The notes under the pieces were generated by a model. That model was not told the origin of the DNA. It saw only the letters and a list, made by a program, of their open reading frames with translations, and made no database searches. Shown piece after piece: positions 17,577-26,349 of a stretch of DNA of 32,000 nt; the first letter of the stretch is position 1, and each line of letters starts with the position of its first letter. Made by a program: the position numbers and the translations under genes. This DNA is from Halomicrobium mukohataei DSM 12286 (lineage in GTDB: Archaea; Halobacteriota; Halobacteria; Halobacteriales; Haloarculaceae): NCBI RefSeq assembly GCF_000023965.1, contig NC_013202.1, forward strand, positions 60,001 to 92,000, written 5' to 3'.

Positions 17577-18981
17577 GCATTCGTCTTTAGCTAAGACTCA
17601 CACCTCAGTTGAGTAACGGTAGAGAGCGTCTCTTGTAAGATCGGTCGTTGCTGGTGGATCTTTTGTGCGTCATCAATCAGCCGTTCCAGCAACGGCGGTG
17701 GCGAGTAGCCGAGGTACTCGCCGAATTCGTGGAGGATGAGCTGGGCGTGCAACCGAAAGGTCGCCTCCCAGCGTTCCGGCGAAAATACGATCTCATCGTC
17801 GGCCTGCTCGGTGACTAGATCTAACAGATCACGGCTCACTAGCAGCGACAGCAACGCCGCATACAGCAGAATTTCCACGACAGCAGGGTTGCTCGTGTCG
17901 AATTCGTCCAGCTCGTACTGTGTCTTCAGCTCACGAAACAACGTTTCTACCTCCCAGCGGCACCGATACAGCGTTGCTAAATCTGCCGGAAGGAACTCCT
18001 CTCTCGACAGGTTTGTAATGTATAGATGGTAGTCGTCAGCGTCCTCATCGCGGACGACAACGACGTGGAATCGTTTCGTGTCTAGCGAGCGTGTTCCCTC
18101 GTACTGTCCTCGCTTGAACTCCGCCTCCACCTCAACGTCAATGTACTGCCGCGAGAGATCAGTGACCACATCGTGGATCTGCTTGCCCTCTAAGGGAATG
18201 GCGCGCCCGCGCCATTCCCGTAATTCCGCCGTTATCACCGGATTTGCGTTCTGCTTCAGCCGACTCACGAAGTAGCCGTCGTTCTCGTCGATCAGCGCAA
18301 AACGGCGGTACTTGAAGTACGCGCGATCGAACAGAACCAGCCGTCCTTGCAGCCATGACCCCGTCTTGAACAGCGTACTGTCGTGCGTTTTCTCGTCAGT
18401 CACGTCGCTCCGTTCAATTGTCTGGTCGGTGGCGTTGTGGAGCAGGTGGAGCCGTGCTCCAGCCTGCTCCTCGTGGCGGCCTTCGTACGCCTCAGAGAGG
18501 AACTCGTGCAACCGCAACACGGTTCCATCAGCAATCATCACATCCCTAAATCGGTCGATATCAGCGTCAACAGCGTTGGGTACAGCGACCTCGTCGAGAC
18601 CACGCTCGACGAGGTCGCGCAAATATGCTGCGAGTGTCGGCGTTAACCGCTGATAGAAGCCACCAGGGGAGAGTGTCTCGTCACCCGTCGAGTTGTAGCT
18701 CCGTCTGAATCCAGCGAGTGTTCGGTTCTCACCTGTGGCGAAGTCGAACACGAGCGCCCAGACGAGGATAAGAATCTGAAGATCACGATCACGTTCGACC
18801 ACGCCGAGTTCCTCGGCGTGCTCTTCGAGGAACTCGGAGGGAAACAGTGTAGTAAGCCGACGCATGATTCTCGATGAGGAGGCGTCTTGGTACACACTTG
18901 CCGCCTCCTCATTCCTTCCAAAAACAATCCTCGATAAGCCGCTGCTGTCACGCGATTCCTCGACTAACTAAAGACGGATAA
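17577..18981 (-). mobile_element. IS4-family (ISH8-group-like) insertion sequence, copy B (intact)
   Basis: The tips are GCATTCGTCTTTAGCTAAG (17577-17595) and the reverse complement of CTAACTAAAGACGGATAA (18964-18981). It is 3 bp longer than copy A, which matches the one-codon difference in the transposase. Confidence 0.85.
17591..18895 (-). CDS. IS4-family DDE transposase (ISH8-group-like)
   Basis: An uninterrupted 434-aa ORF: MYQDASSSRIMRRLTTLFPSEFLEEHAEELGVVE.., ..HLLHNATDQTIERSDVTDEKTHDS.., ..LVLFDRAYFKYRRFALID.., ..YRCRWEVETLFRELKTQYELDEF.. Confidence 0.9.
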   Translation of the reverse strand: MYQDASSSRIMRRLTTLFPSEFLEEHAEELGVVERDRDLQILILVWALVFDFATGENRTLAGFRRSYNSTGDETLSPGGFYQRLTPTLAAYLRDLVERGLDEVAVPNAVDADIDRFRDVMIADGTVLRLHEFLSEAYEGRHEEQAGARLHLLHNATDQTIERSDVTDEKTHDSTLFKTGSWLQGRLVLFDRAYFKYRRFALIDENDGYFVSRLKQNANPVITAELREWRGRAIPLEGKQIHDVVTDLSRQYIDVEVEAEFKRGQYEGTRSLDTKRFHVVVVRDEDADDYHLYITNLSREEFLPADLATLYRCRWEVETLFRELKTQYELDEFDTSNPAVVEILLYAALLSLLVSRDLLDLVTEQADDEIVFSPERWEATFRLHAQLILHEFGEYLGYSPPPLLERLIDDAQKIHQQRPILQETLSTVTQLRCES

Positions 18982-19165
18982 CAGTAATTCTAGACTATCA
19001 TCATGCGGCTCGGCCGCTTTCACACGTACTGGTGGGCAGTCCATCTATGCGAGACAGTGGTTATGATGATTCAGACACCATTATAACCATCAACGGGGCA
19101 ATCAAGCATTTGACGGACGAACGCCGCCAAGGTGATTCAAAGTTGGATACCGCCTCACAGATTGG
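18982..19165 (+). pseudogene. C-terminal third of the degenerate IS6-type transposase gene, separated from its N-terminal part (7282-7889) by inversion
   Basis: Plus-strand frames give ..IMRLGRFHTYWWAVHLCETVVMMIQTPL* and HYNHQRGNQAFDGRTPP.. These match the conserved IS6 transposase C-terminus (..MRIDRFH..W.., ..HYN..RPHQALDGRTP..). It begins directly at the flank of ISH8-like copy B. Confidence 0.6.
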
Positions 19166-19201
19166 TTGATTAAATCATCATCAAATCCGAGATTCTGAGA
19201 T

Positions 19202-21013
19202 TCACTTCACTTCAGAACCTTCATTTTTTGAAATAACATATCCTGCGGGAGTCGATTCGTATCTCAGTTCAAGCACCTTTCTGCTAATCTTGGTCCCAAA
19301 TTCGGGAAAGTAGGGGCTTGTGTCAAGTACGATACTCTCACAGTGCAATGCTTGGAGATACCCGAGCAGATATTCAGAATCATAAATTATATTGAATTTT
19401 GCATCATCTACTTTTTTCAAATCTATTGAGGGATGAAAATGAAGTCGTGAGATAATGGGGCGATCCCCGTGACTGGAGACCTCATCAGTGACCAGCCACC
19501 ACTTCCCATTTGTCTGAATTCGTCTTTTATGTGTGTATAACGGTTTGAGAAATCCTTCTACCTCATACTTCCCCTCAAATTGCTTAAATGATTCGTTGCG
19601 AGACATGGTAGTTTCAGGTGCCGTCCGGCGACCCATAAGATATTGTCCACCGATTTTGATCGGATTGCAATCACCGACTTGAACTGAATTATGTGCTTTA
19701 ATACTCCTCGCATACTGACGGTGAACATCATCTGCATACTGGTAGACCCCCGTATCGGTGAGTACACGGTTACCATCAAGCCACAGCAGAATGCTGAGGA
19801 GATCAATGTGAGAATGGCCAGGCAAATGGGGAGGGCCAACACATCCACCATCAACAAGCATACGATCAGCACCGCTTCCTAGCCAATAGTACCCTGAAGC
19901 TCCAAACTGGTCTGGATTGTTGTCCGCCGTAATGTCTATTTTGTCAGCATACAGTAAAATCTCTGAAATCGAAAGTACTTGATAAAACTGAGAATCATTT
20001 AATAGGGGAATCTGTCCATCTGGTGGAGTTAGGTATGTTAAAAACTCTGTCGCCTTCTCAGCACTATGTTGAATGGTCTGTGGGATGGAGTAACCATACT
20101 TGGATAAAAGTCCAATGGAAGTTAACATCCTCCTAAGAGACATAATATGATACATCGGGCTCTTTTCAAAATGACTGCCATCCCCGAGAAACTGGTTTAT
20201 AGCCGTTCGCTCAAATAATTCCGTTCCGCTTCGGATCCATTCATCGGCCTGCTGAAAGATCAATCCAGCCATAAGCAAGGCCAGAGCGTTCTCAATTAGA
20301 TGGTTCCCACCGACATCGGTTTCTATATGATTCTGCAGAAATAGTGCATTCTTGTACAAGTATTCTAATACTAATTGCCTAGAAGCAATCATTCCTTCAC
20401 TTTCGAGCCAGGCAGAGTACCGAGAAAGAGTCATGACTCGAAGCGAGACTGCATGTGGAATCCAGTCGCGCCGAAGATATTCAGGGGTGCCAATCTGTGC
20501 CGTTGACGCCATCGTTCGGACCCATGGGTCAAGAACCTCCCGGACAACTCGTTCCCGGTCTATAGACTCCTCGGGGCTGAAGAGAAACCATTTGAGCGGT
20601 TCGAGCGATTGGTATTTGAGCCACCAGAGCAAGGGTATTCCCTCCAGTTGATCATCGTCCCAATCGATCGTCCGGTCAGCGTCAAGGGAAACTTCATGAC
20701 CAATAAACGAGAGTTGTCCATTTTCAAAATGGTTTAACCGCTCTTGATAACGTTGTTTGGTCTCCGGTTCTAGACTGTCTCTGAGACGTCTTGTGTTCTC
20801 ATTAATGGGACCAGCCGTCAGTTTGAGTTTATTGGGTACCTGTGCGTCATAGCGTGCGTCAAAGTCAATAGGGAGCCTTGGAAGGAGCGCGTGACGGACT
20901 TTTCGCTCAAGAATGCCCAGAACCTGCTCCCGCTGCAGTCGTCCAGCTGTGAATACTCCAAGGGCAAGTCGCTCACCCACGCTTTGAGAACGCTCGGAAT
21001 AGAAATCGTTCAC
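19202..21013 (-). CDS. Heparinase II/III-like (polysaccharide-lyase fold) protein, no signal peptide
   Basis: The 603-aa protein has a C-terminal Hepar_II_III-type pattern, GCVGPPHLPGHSHIDLLSILLWLDGNRVLTDTGVYQYA. The central region looks like an alpha/alpha toroid (GGNHLIENALALLMAGLIF). The N-terminus MNDFYSERSQSVGERL has no signal peptide, TM helix or Tat motif. Its start overlaps the upstream GT4 stop by 4 nt. Confidence 0.75.
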   Translation of the reverse strand: MNDFYSERSQSVGERLALGVFTAGRLQREQVLGILERKVRHALLPRLPIDFDARYDAQVPNKLKLTAGPINENTRRLRDSLEPETKQRYQERLNHFENGQLSFIGHEVSLDADRTIDWDDDQLEGIPLLWWLKYQSLEPLKWFLFSPEESIDRERVVREVLDPWVRTMASTAQIGTPEYLRRDWIPHAVSLRVMTLSRYSAWLESEGMIASRQLVLEYLYKNALFLQNHIETDVGGNHLIENALALLMAGLIFQQADEWIRSGTELFERTAINQFLGDGSHFEKSPMYHIMSLRRMLTSIGLLSKYGYSIPQTIQHSAEKATEFLTYLTPPDGQIPLLNDSQFYQVLSISEILLYADKIDITADNNPDQFGASGYYWLGSGADRMLVDGGCVGPPHLPGHSHIDLLSILLWLDGNRVLTDTGVYQYADDVHRQYARSIKAHNSVQVGDCNPIKIGGQYLMGRRTAPETTMSRNESFKQFEGKYEVEGFLKPLYTHKRRIQTNGKWWLVTDEVSSHGDRPIISRLHFHPSIDLKKVDDAKFNIIYDSEYLLGYLQALHCESIVLDTSPYFPEFGTKISRKVLELRYESTPAGYVISKNEGSEVK

Positions 21014-22260
21014 GGTGCTTCCTCTGTACGTGCTTGCGCCGTGGATATTTCGCCTGAGGGGGAATTTACTCTGTGCGCAAGTTGCACAAATTCATGTGCG
21101 AGGGCTTGCCGTTCATAGTTTGCCACAACAAATGTTCGTCCCCGTTCTGCAAGTTGCTTCCGGTGTTCTTTGTTACTGAGAAGTGCGTCAATTTCTCTGG
21201 CGACCGTCCGTGGCGATCCGGAGGGAACAACGCCAGCCCCAGATTCTGAAACGATCTCCTCTATTGTCCCCTGTCCGAGAGCCAGCACAGGAAGTTCACA
21301 GGCCCAATACTCGTACAGTTTTGTCGGGACTGCATACTCCAGTGAATCTTGTTCTTTGAGGGGAGCAACGCCGATGGCTGCTGTACCGAGTAACTGGGGA
21401 ATTTGCTCACGCGGGACCAAGCCCATGAAATCAACTTGATCAGAGACACCGATTTTCTCCGCGAGTTCAACTAGTTCTGGTCGAAGATCGCCATCACCGA
21501 CGATCCGAAACCTTACATCTGATTCCGTGTAATGAAGCGCTCGAATACAAGTTTCGAGATCCTGCCCATAGCCGAGATTCCCAGTGTATATTAGCTCCAC
21601 CTCATTTGAGGACGGTTCTGGTGTGAAAACAGAGGTGTCAACACCGTTTGGAATAACGCTAATTTCCGTTTCAAAATCATAGCGCTCACGGAGCTGTGTG
21701 GTGGTCCCATGGGTTGTCACAGTGATCAAATCCGCCTGGCGAAGTGTTGCTGCTTGGTACCGCCGACTACTCTTCGTAATAATTCCGTCTTCAGAGATGA
21801 AGCCCAGATCGGACGAGACATCAATCCAGAGATCGCGGATGTCGAGAATCCAGTTAAGAGATCCCAGCATGCTGAACGGGAGAGCTACCATTCCCGTGAA
21901 AATTGGTGGCGACGTTGTAATGATGACATCATATTTTTGTCGGCGTTGAAACAGCCAGAACAGCGCGTGGGCGACGAAGGTAAAATAGTAGAGTAAGCGA
22001 TCGACAAACGACGGGTCGACAGTACGAAGCTGCCACGCCCACAGACGAACGATCTCACAGCCGTTTCGAACCTCCGTTGTCTCCCAATCCCAGGACCAGT
22101 CGAAGTCACTGGCGGGATAACATGAAGGGGGTGCGATCACCGTTACCTCACACTCCTCAGCCATGTGGCTAGTCAGGTCTCCCATTCGAGATGCGTTGCC
22201 TCCCTTCTCAGGTGGGAACTTTTGGCTCACAACAAGTACATTTAATGAAGAACTACTCAT
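21010..22260 (-). CDS. Glycosyltransferase family 4 (WbuB-like)
   Basis: LNVLVVSQKFPPEKGGNASRMGDLTSHMAEE is a WbuB-type N-terminus. The C-terminal GT-B half reads ELIYTGNLGYGQDLETCIRAL and AAIGVAPLKEQDSLEYAVPTKLYEYWACELPVLA. Confidence 0.85.
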   Translation of the reverse strand: MSSSSLNVLVVSQKFPPEKGGNASRMGDLTSHMAEECEVTVIAPPSCYPASDFDWSWDWETTEVRNGCEIVRLWAWQLRTVDPSFVDRLLYYFTFVAHALFWLFQRRQKYDVIITTSPPIFTGMVALPFSMLGSLNWILDIRDLWIDVSSDLGFISEDGIITKSSRRYQAATLRQADLITVTTHGTTTQLRERYDFETEISVIPNGVDTSVFTPEPSSNEVELIYTGNLGYGQDLETCIRALHYTESDVRFRIVGDGDLRPELVELAEKIGVSDQVDFMGLVPREQIPQLLGTAAIGVAPLKEQDSLEYAVPTKLYEYWACELPVLALGQGTIEEIVSESGAGVVPSGSPRTVAREIDALLSNKEHRKQLAERGRTFVVANYERQALAHEFVQLAHRVNSPSGEISTAQARTEEAP

Positions 22261-22266
22261 TGAATT

Positions 22267-23562
22267 CTAAATACGAATAACGGTGAATCCCGCATCTTCC
22301 CATGTCGATTGTTCTAAAATCGCCTTCGTGTCAACGACTAACTTGGAGCCCATTCGAGATTTGAGTTTCGGTGGATCAATCTCTGTATATTCCTCGTGGT
22401 CGGTAGCAATGATGACCGCATCTGCATCGTCTGTGGCATCTGCTAGTGAGTCCAGATCCAATGTCTGATCCTGCACATGCGGATCATGAAGTTTGATCTG
22501 AATACCCGCTTCCTGCCCGCCGTCCGCGGAGATCGGAGTAGCCGTATCGCTAGGGAGCGACTGAAGTTGTCGCGCGATTTCGAGGCCAGGGCTATTCCGG
22601 ATATCATCGACATTACCCTTGTATGCGACCCCGAGAATAGCAATCTGTTTGCCGGCCAACGTCCCAAGTGTCGATCCAACAAGGTCAACGATGTAGTCCA
22701 CCATCCCGTCGTTAATCTCGCGGGCCGTCGAGATCAGATCCAGATTGTCTGAATTTTGTCCAAGGAACCAGGGATCAATCGGCAAACAGTGCCCACCAAC
22801 TCCCGGGCCAGGCTGGTGAATCTCAACTCTGGGATGTTGGTTCGCCAGATGGATCGCCTCTCGAGAATCAATATCGTAGTCCCGCGCCAACTGGGCCAGT
22901 TCATTGGCTAGGGCAATATTGGTATCGCGGTAGGTGTTCTGGATGAGCTTGACAAACTCAGCGGTCGTTGCATTTGCCGTCGTGTGGATGTCCCCCTCGA
23001 CAAACGACTCATATAGGCGGACTGCAGCCTCAGTCGAGACGCCGTTGACACCACCGATTATGCGATCATTCTCTCGTAATTCCGTGATGATATTACCCGG
23101 CAGCACGGTTTCTGGGCAGTGAATTAATGCAAAGTCGTTGCCGGCCGCTAGACCGGATTCCTCAAGTACTGGTTGTAACGTGTTGACAGTTGTTCCCGGA
23201 GGCACTGTTGACTCTAGGATTACAGAATCACCTGGGCGAAGATGAGGTGTGATAGCCTCGCCCGCGGCTTCGATATAGCTTATATCAGCGACTTTCGCTT
23301 CCTCATCGAATGGAGTGGGCACCGCAATAATGTGATACTTGGCTGGCCCTACTTCATCAGACACCTCCAGATTCCCTGACTCCAAAGCCTCTGTAACAAA
23401 GGCCTGCAGGCCTGGCTCGTCAAACGTGATTTGGCCTGCTTGGAGATCATTTACCAGCTCTTCGTCAACATCATACCCAATAACAGTGTGCCCGTAGTTT
23501 GCTAACATCGCCGCAGTTGGAAGACCAATATACCCCAACCCATGTACGCATACAGAACTCAT
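22267..23562 (-). CDS. wecC: UDP-N-acetyl-D-mannosamine dehydrogenase (nucleotide-sugar dehydrogenase, WecC type)
   Basis: Rossmann motif VHGLGYIGLPTAAMLA and catalytic cysteine motif GPGVGGHCLPIDPWF. The 431-aa size fits, and it sits directly downstream of a UDP-GlcNAc 2-epimerase gene with a 4-nt overlap. Confidence 0.8.
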   Translation of the reverse strand: MSSVCVHGLGYIGLPTAAMLANYGHTVIGYDVDEELVNDLQAGQITFDEPGLQAFVTEALESGNLEVSDEVGPAKYHIIAVPTPFDEEAKVADISYIEAAGEAITPHLRPGDSVILESTVPPGTTVNTLQPVLEESGLAAGNDFALIHCPETVLPGNIITELRENDRIIGGVNGVSTEAAVRLYESFVEGDIHTTANATTAEFVKLIQNTYRDTNIALANELAQLARDYDIDSREAIHLANQHPRVEIHQPGPGVGGHCLPIDPWFLGQNSDNLDLISTAREINDGMVDYIVDLVGSTLGTLAGKQIAILGVAYKGNVDDIRNSPGLEIARQLQSLPSDTATPISADGGQEAGIQIKLHDPHVQDQTLDLDSLADATDDADAVIIATDHEEYTEIDPPKLKSRMGSKLVVDTKAILEQSTWEDAGFTVIRI

Positions 23563-24668
23563 GACTGTATCCCTCGTCCCACTGGACTTAAAATTTCAAG
23601 AATATGGTCAGCCGCCTGCCCGTCACCAAAGGGATTATCCCAAGTGGACTCCTTCTCTAGCATCTCTCTCGTGGACGTGAGTATCCGTTGTGGATCGACG
23701 CCAGCCAGTTGATTGGCCCCAAATTCGACTGTTTCAGGCCGTTCAGTGTTCTCTCGCAGGGTAACACACGGGACCCCGAGGATACAAGTCTCCTCCTGAA
23801 CACCACCTGAATCAGTGAGTACTATTTTTGCTGATTTTTGTAATCGGATGAAATCGAGGTAATCTTGTGGTTCAACGAGGCGGACAGCACTCGGAGTTTC
23901 GAAATCAAATACATCCAAGCGCTCTTTGGCCCGCGGATGGATCGGATAGATCATCTCAAGGTCAAATACCTCGCCTACGCGCTGGACACCCTCTAGCAGC
24001 CCGGCAAAGCGGTCTCGTTCGTCCACGTTCTCTGCTCGGTGGGCTGTCACAAGCCCGAAGTTCTTCTCAGCTATATCAAGTTCTTCAAGAATAGTACTCT
24101 TCGTGGCGGCCAATTCTTGATTCTGCTGGACCGCATCGACGACCGTGTTGCCTGTGACATGGATCCGGTCGTCAGCGATTCCTTCCTCACGGAGATGGTC
24201 GCGGGAGGTCTCCGTGGGAGCAAACAGGTAGTCTGCGGCGTGGTCGGCTAGCACGCGGTTCGTCTCTTCGGGCATTTCCCGGTCGAAACTGCGCAGCCCG
24301 GCCTCCACGTGACCGAGTTGCATCTCCAATTTACTCGCGGCCATTGCCCCCGCAAGCACGGAGTTTGTGTCACCTTGGACAAGCACGACTTCAGGCGTTT
24401 CCTCGAGCAAAATCTCCTCAAGGCCCGCCAGCATCTCGGCCGTTTGTTGGCCGTGTGTGTTCGACCCCACACCAAGCTGATAATCCGGCGCTGGCAACTC
24501 CAGTTGGTCGAAAAACACCGTGTCGAGTGAGTCGGAGTAGTGTTGTCCGGTATGGATGACTGAATAGGATAGTTTCTGGTGCTCACAGGCTCGGATTACC
24601 GGTGCGAGCTTAATGATTTCTGGGCGCGTTCCAAGAACGATAACAATATGTGGCTGTTGTTCTGTCAT
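23559..24668 (-). CDS. wecB: UDP-N-acetylglucosamine 2-epimerase (non-hydrolysing)
   Basis: Motifs: IVLGTRPEIIKLAPV, HTGQHYS, LVQGDTNSVLAGA, HVEAGLRSFD, TDSGGVQEE. Confidence 0.9.
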   Translation of the reverse strand: MTEQQPHIVIVLGTRPEIIKLAPVIRACEHQKLSYSVIHTGQHYSDSLDTVFFDQLELPAPDYQLGVGSNTHGQQTAEMLAGLEEILLEETPEVVLVQGDTNSVLAGAMAASKLEMQLGHVEAGLRSFDREMPEETNRVLADHAADYLFAPTETSRDHLREEGIADDRIHVTGNTVVDAVQQNQELAATKSTILEELDIAEKNFGLVTAHRAENVDERDRFAGLLEGVQRVGEVFDLEMIYPIHPRAKERLDVFDFETPSAVRLVEPQDYLDFIRLQKSAKIVLTDSGGVQEETCILGVPCVTLRENTERPETVEFGANQLAGVDPQRILTSTREMLEKESTWDNPFGDGQAADHILEILSPVGRGIQS

Positions 24669-24758
24669 GCTTGGAATCTCTATGATATTGCAAGTGCTTC
24701 GATTCGATGCCTATCCATGTTTGTCCGCCACACGTTGTGATGGCGCTGGATTGTCACC

Positions 24759-26111
24759 TTATGTCTCCTCCAACCGGTGTACCACTTGTGTATTCAGCGC
24801 GTGCAGAATAATACCCGTAAAGCAGGCGAACACGCCACCGAGCATGAACACCGACGACACCAGTGCGAGCCCAACCGGGAACGTCCCCGAGTTCAGGAAG
24901 TTCGACAACGTCCAGTAGGAAAATCCGATACCCGTCAGCGCACTCGCAAAACCCGGAACCCCAAGCACTGTCATCGGGCGCTTGCGCTCAATTGTAAACA
25001 GGATGTTCTTGACGAGCGTCAGCCCGTGATCGAGGGGATTGTGACTGCTGGCATCCTCTACCTCGTAGGTGATGGTCGTCCCCACTTCCTCGATGTCGAA
25101 GTCGTTGTGCTGAGCGTGATACAGAATATCCGTGCTTGCACTCATGCGGTCGCCGATCTCGTCACTGACAGCAAGCGATTCAATCGCCGTCCGATCGTAC
25201 GCCCGGAACCCACTCTGGGTATCTCGGACACGCGAACGAGGTCGAATTACGCCCATGCTCAAGTTCGTCAATGCATTTACCACACCGAGCCCGAGCCGGC
25301 GGTATAGCGGTGCGTCGGTATCGCCGTCGCCGGTGAATCGACTACCGATAGCCAGTTCTGCTCCACTCTCCTGCTGGGCTTCGATCAGTTGGGGGATATC
25401 AGCTGGATCGTGCTGGCCGTCGGCGTCGATAATCACCAAGTGGTCGGCCTTGCGAACGTCGGCTTCTTCGAATGCAGTCTGAAGCGCCGCCCCGTAGCCC
25501 TGATTCTGCGCATGTTCGACGACCGTGGCACCGGCCGACTCCGCCCGAACAGCCGTCTCGTCATCACTACCGTCGTCAATAACGAGCACCTCGTCAGCGA
25601 CCGCTTGGCAGTCTCCGACGACATCACCGATTGTACCGGCCTCATTGTATGCGGGAATGGCAACGAGGCACTCGGGTGTGGTGGCCTCCCCAGTATCAAC
25701 ATGCCCGTCCTGACGCAGCTCACCGTCCCCGACGTGATTCGAGGACATAATATCGCGATTGACGAACACGTGTTCGTATCCGTCCTCATGAGCAGCAGCT
25801 ACCAGCTGCTGGCGTAACAGCTCAGGATCGGTCTCGTCGCTTTCCGGGTCAACCACCGTCGCCCCGAGTCCATCAGCGAACTCCAAGACTTCCTCATCAC
25901 ACGCACTCGTGTAGGTAAGGAAGACGGCATGGCCCTGGTTTTGCGCCCACAGCGTTCCCCAGGCGAGCACCTCGGTATTGTCCGGTCGTGCGACCAGCCC
26001 GATAGCCGTGTTCGTCGTGTTCTGTTCGACCCGGTCGCGAACAACCGCTGCAGGATCTATCTGTGACACCCCCGTACTGACATCCTGTAACGAGTCGTCG
26101 AGCTGTTTCAT
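24759..26111 (-). CDS. GT2 dolichyl-phosphate-sugar synthase-like glycosyltransferase with ~170-aa N-terminal extension and two C-terminal TM helices
   Basis: GT-A core: VAIPAYNEAGTIGDVV, VLVIDDGSDDET, NQGYGAAL, LVIIDADGQHDP. The C-terminal hydrophobic hairpin reads VLGVPGFASALTGIGFSYW.. and GLALVSSVFMLGGVFACFTGIIL. I place the start at ATG 26111 (MKQLDDS). The ORF-track start at 26189 adds a Cys/Arg-rich extension lying in junction DNA. Confidence 0.8.
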   Translation of the reverse strand: MKQLDDSLQDVSTGVSQIDPAAVVRDRVEQNTTNTAIGLVARPDNTEVLAWGTLWAQNQGHAVFLTYTSACDEEVLEFADGLGATVVDPESDETDPELLRQQLVAAAHEDGYEHVFVNRDIMSSNHVGDGELRQDGHVDTGEATTPECLVAIPAYNEAGTIGDVVGDCQAVADEVLVIDDGSDDETAVRAESAGATVVEHAQNQGYGAALQTAFEEADVRKADHLVIIDADGQHDPADIPQLIEAQQESGAELAIGSRFTGDGDTDAPLYRRLGLGVVNALTNLSMGVIRPRSRVRDTQSGFRAYDRTAIESLAVSDEIGDRMSASTDILYHAQHNDFDIEEVGTTITYEVEDASSHNPLDHGLTLVKNILFTIERKRPMTVLGVPGFASALTGIGFSYWTLSNFLNSGTFPVGLALVSSVFMLGGVFACFTGIILHALNTQVVHRLEET

Positions 26112-26349
26112 ATCATACACCACCACAGTGCGACAACACGGGCAGTTTCTCCATCGCCGGCCGCAGGGTTGGCCTGTGCAATCCCACACGGACCGCTGGA
26201 CAGATCAGCCGGTGCCAGCGGCACCGGGCAGTTCCTGCTCCGTTTGTTACCTGCATAGAGGACAGCATGTTGTCGTTGGATATTGGTAAAGTAACTGACT
26301 TCGATATTAGTTCTTATGGTCTCACAACATATTGCGTCGGTGAATTCCT

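Noticed and set aside
17075-17616. Short ORFs 17075-17326 +, 17262-17483 +, 17272-17541 - and 17323-17616 + as genes.
   Set aside because: Only the segment from ATG 17449 matches a known family (the IS110 N-terminus). The rest lies in the non-coding IS110 end or reads through into the ISH8-like terminal repeat.
26209-26227. Perfect 8-bp hairpin CCGGTGCC-AGC-GGCACCGG in the junction upstream of the GT2 gene.
   Set aside because: This is a single GC-rich palindrome with no flanking U-tract, no second copy in the window and no obvious link to either neighbouring gene. It could arise by chance in GC-rich DNA, so it is noted only.
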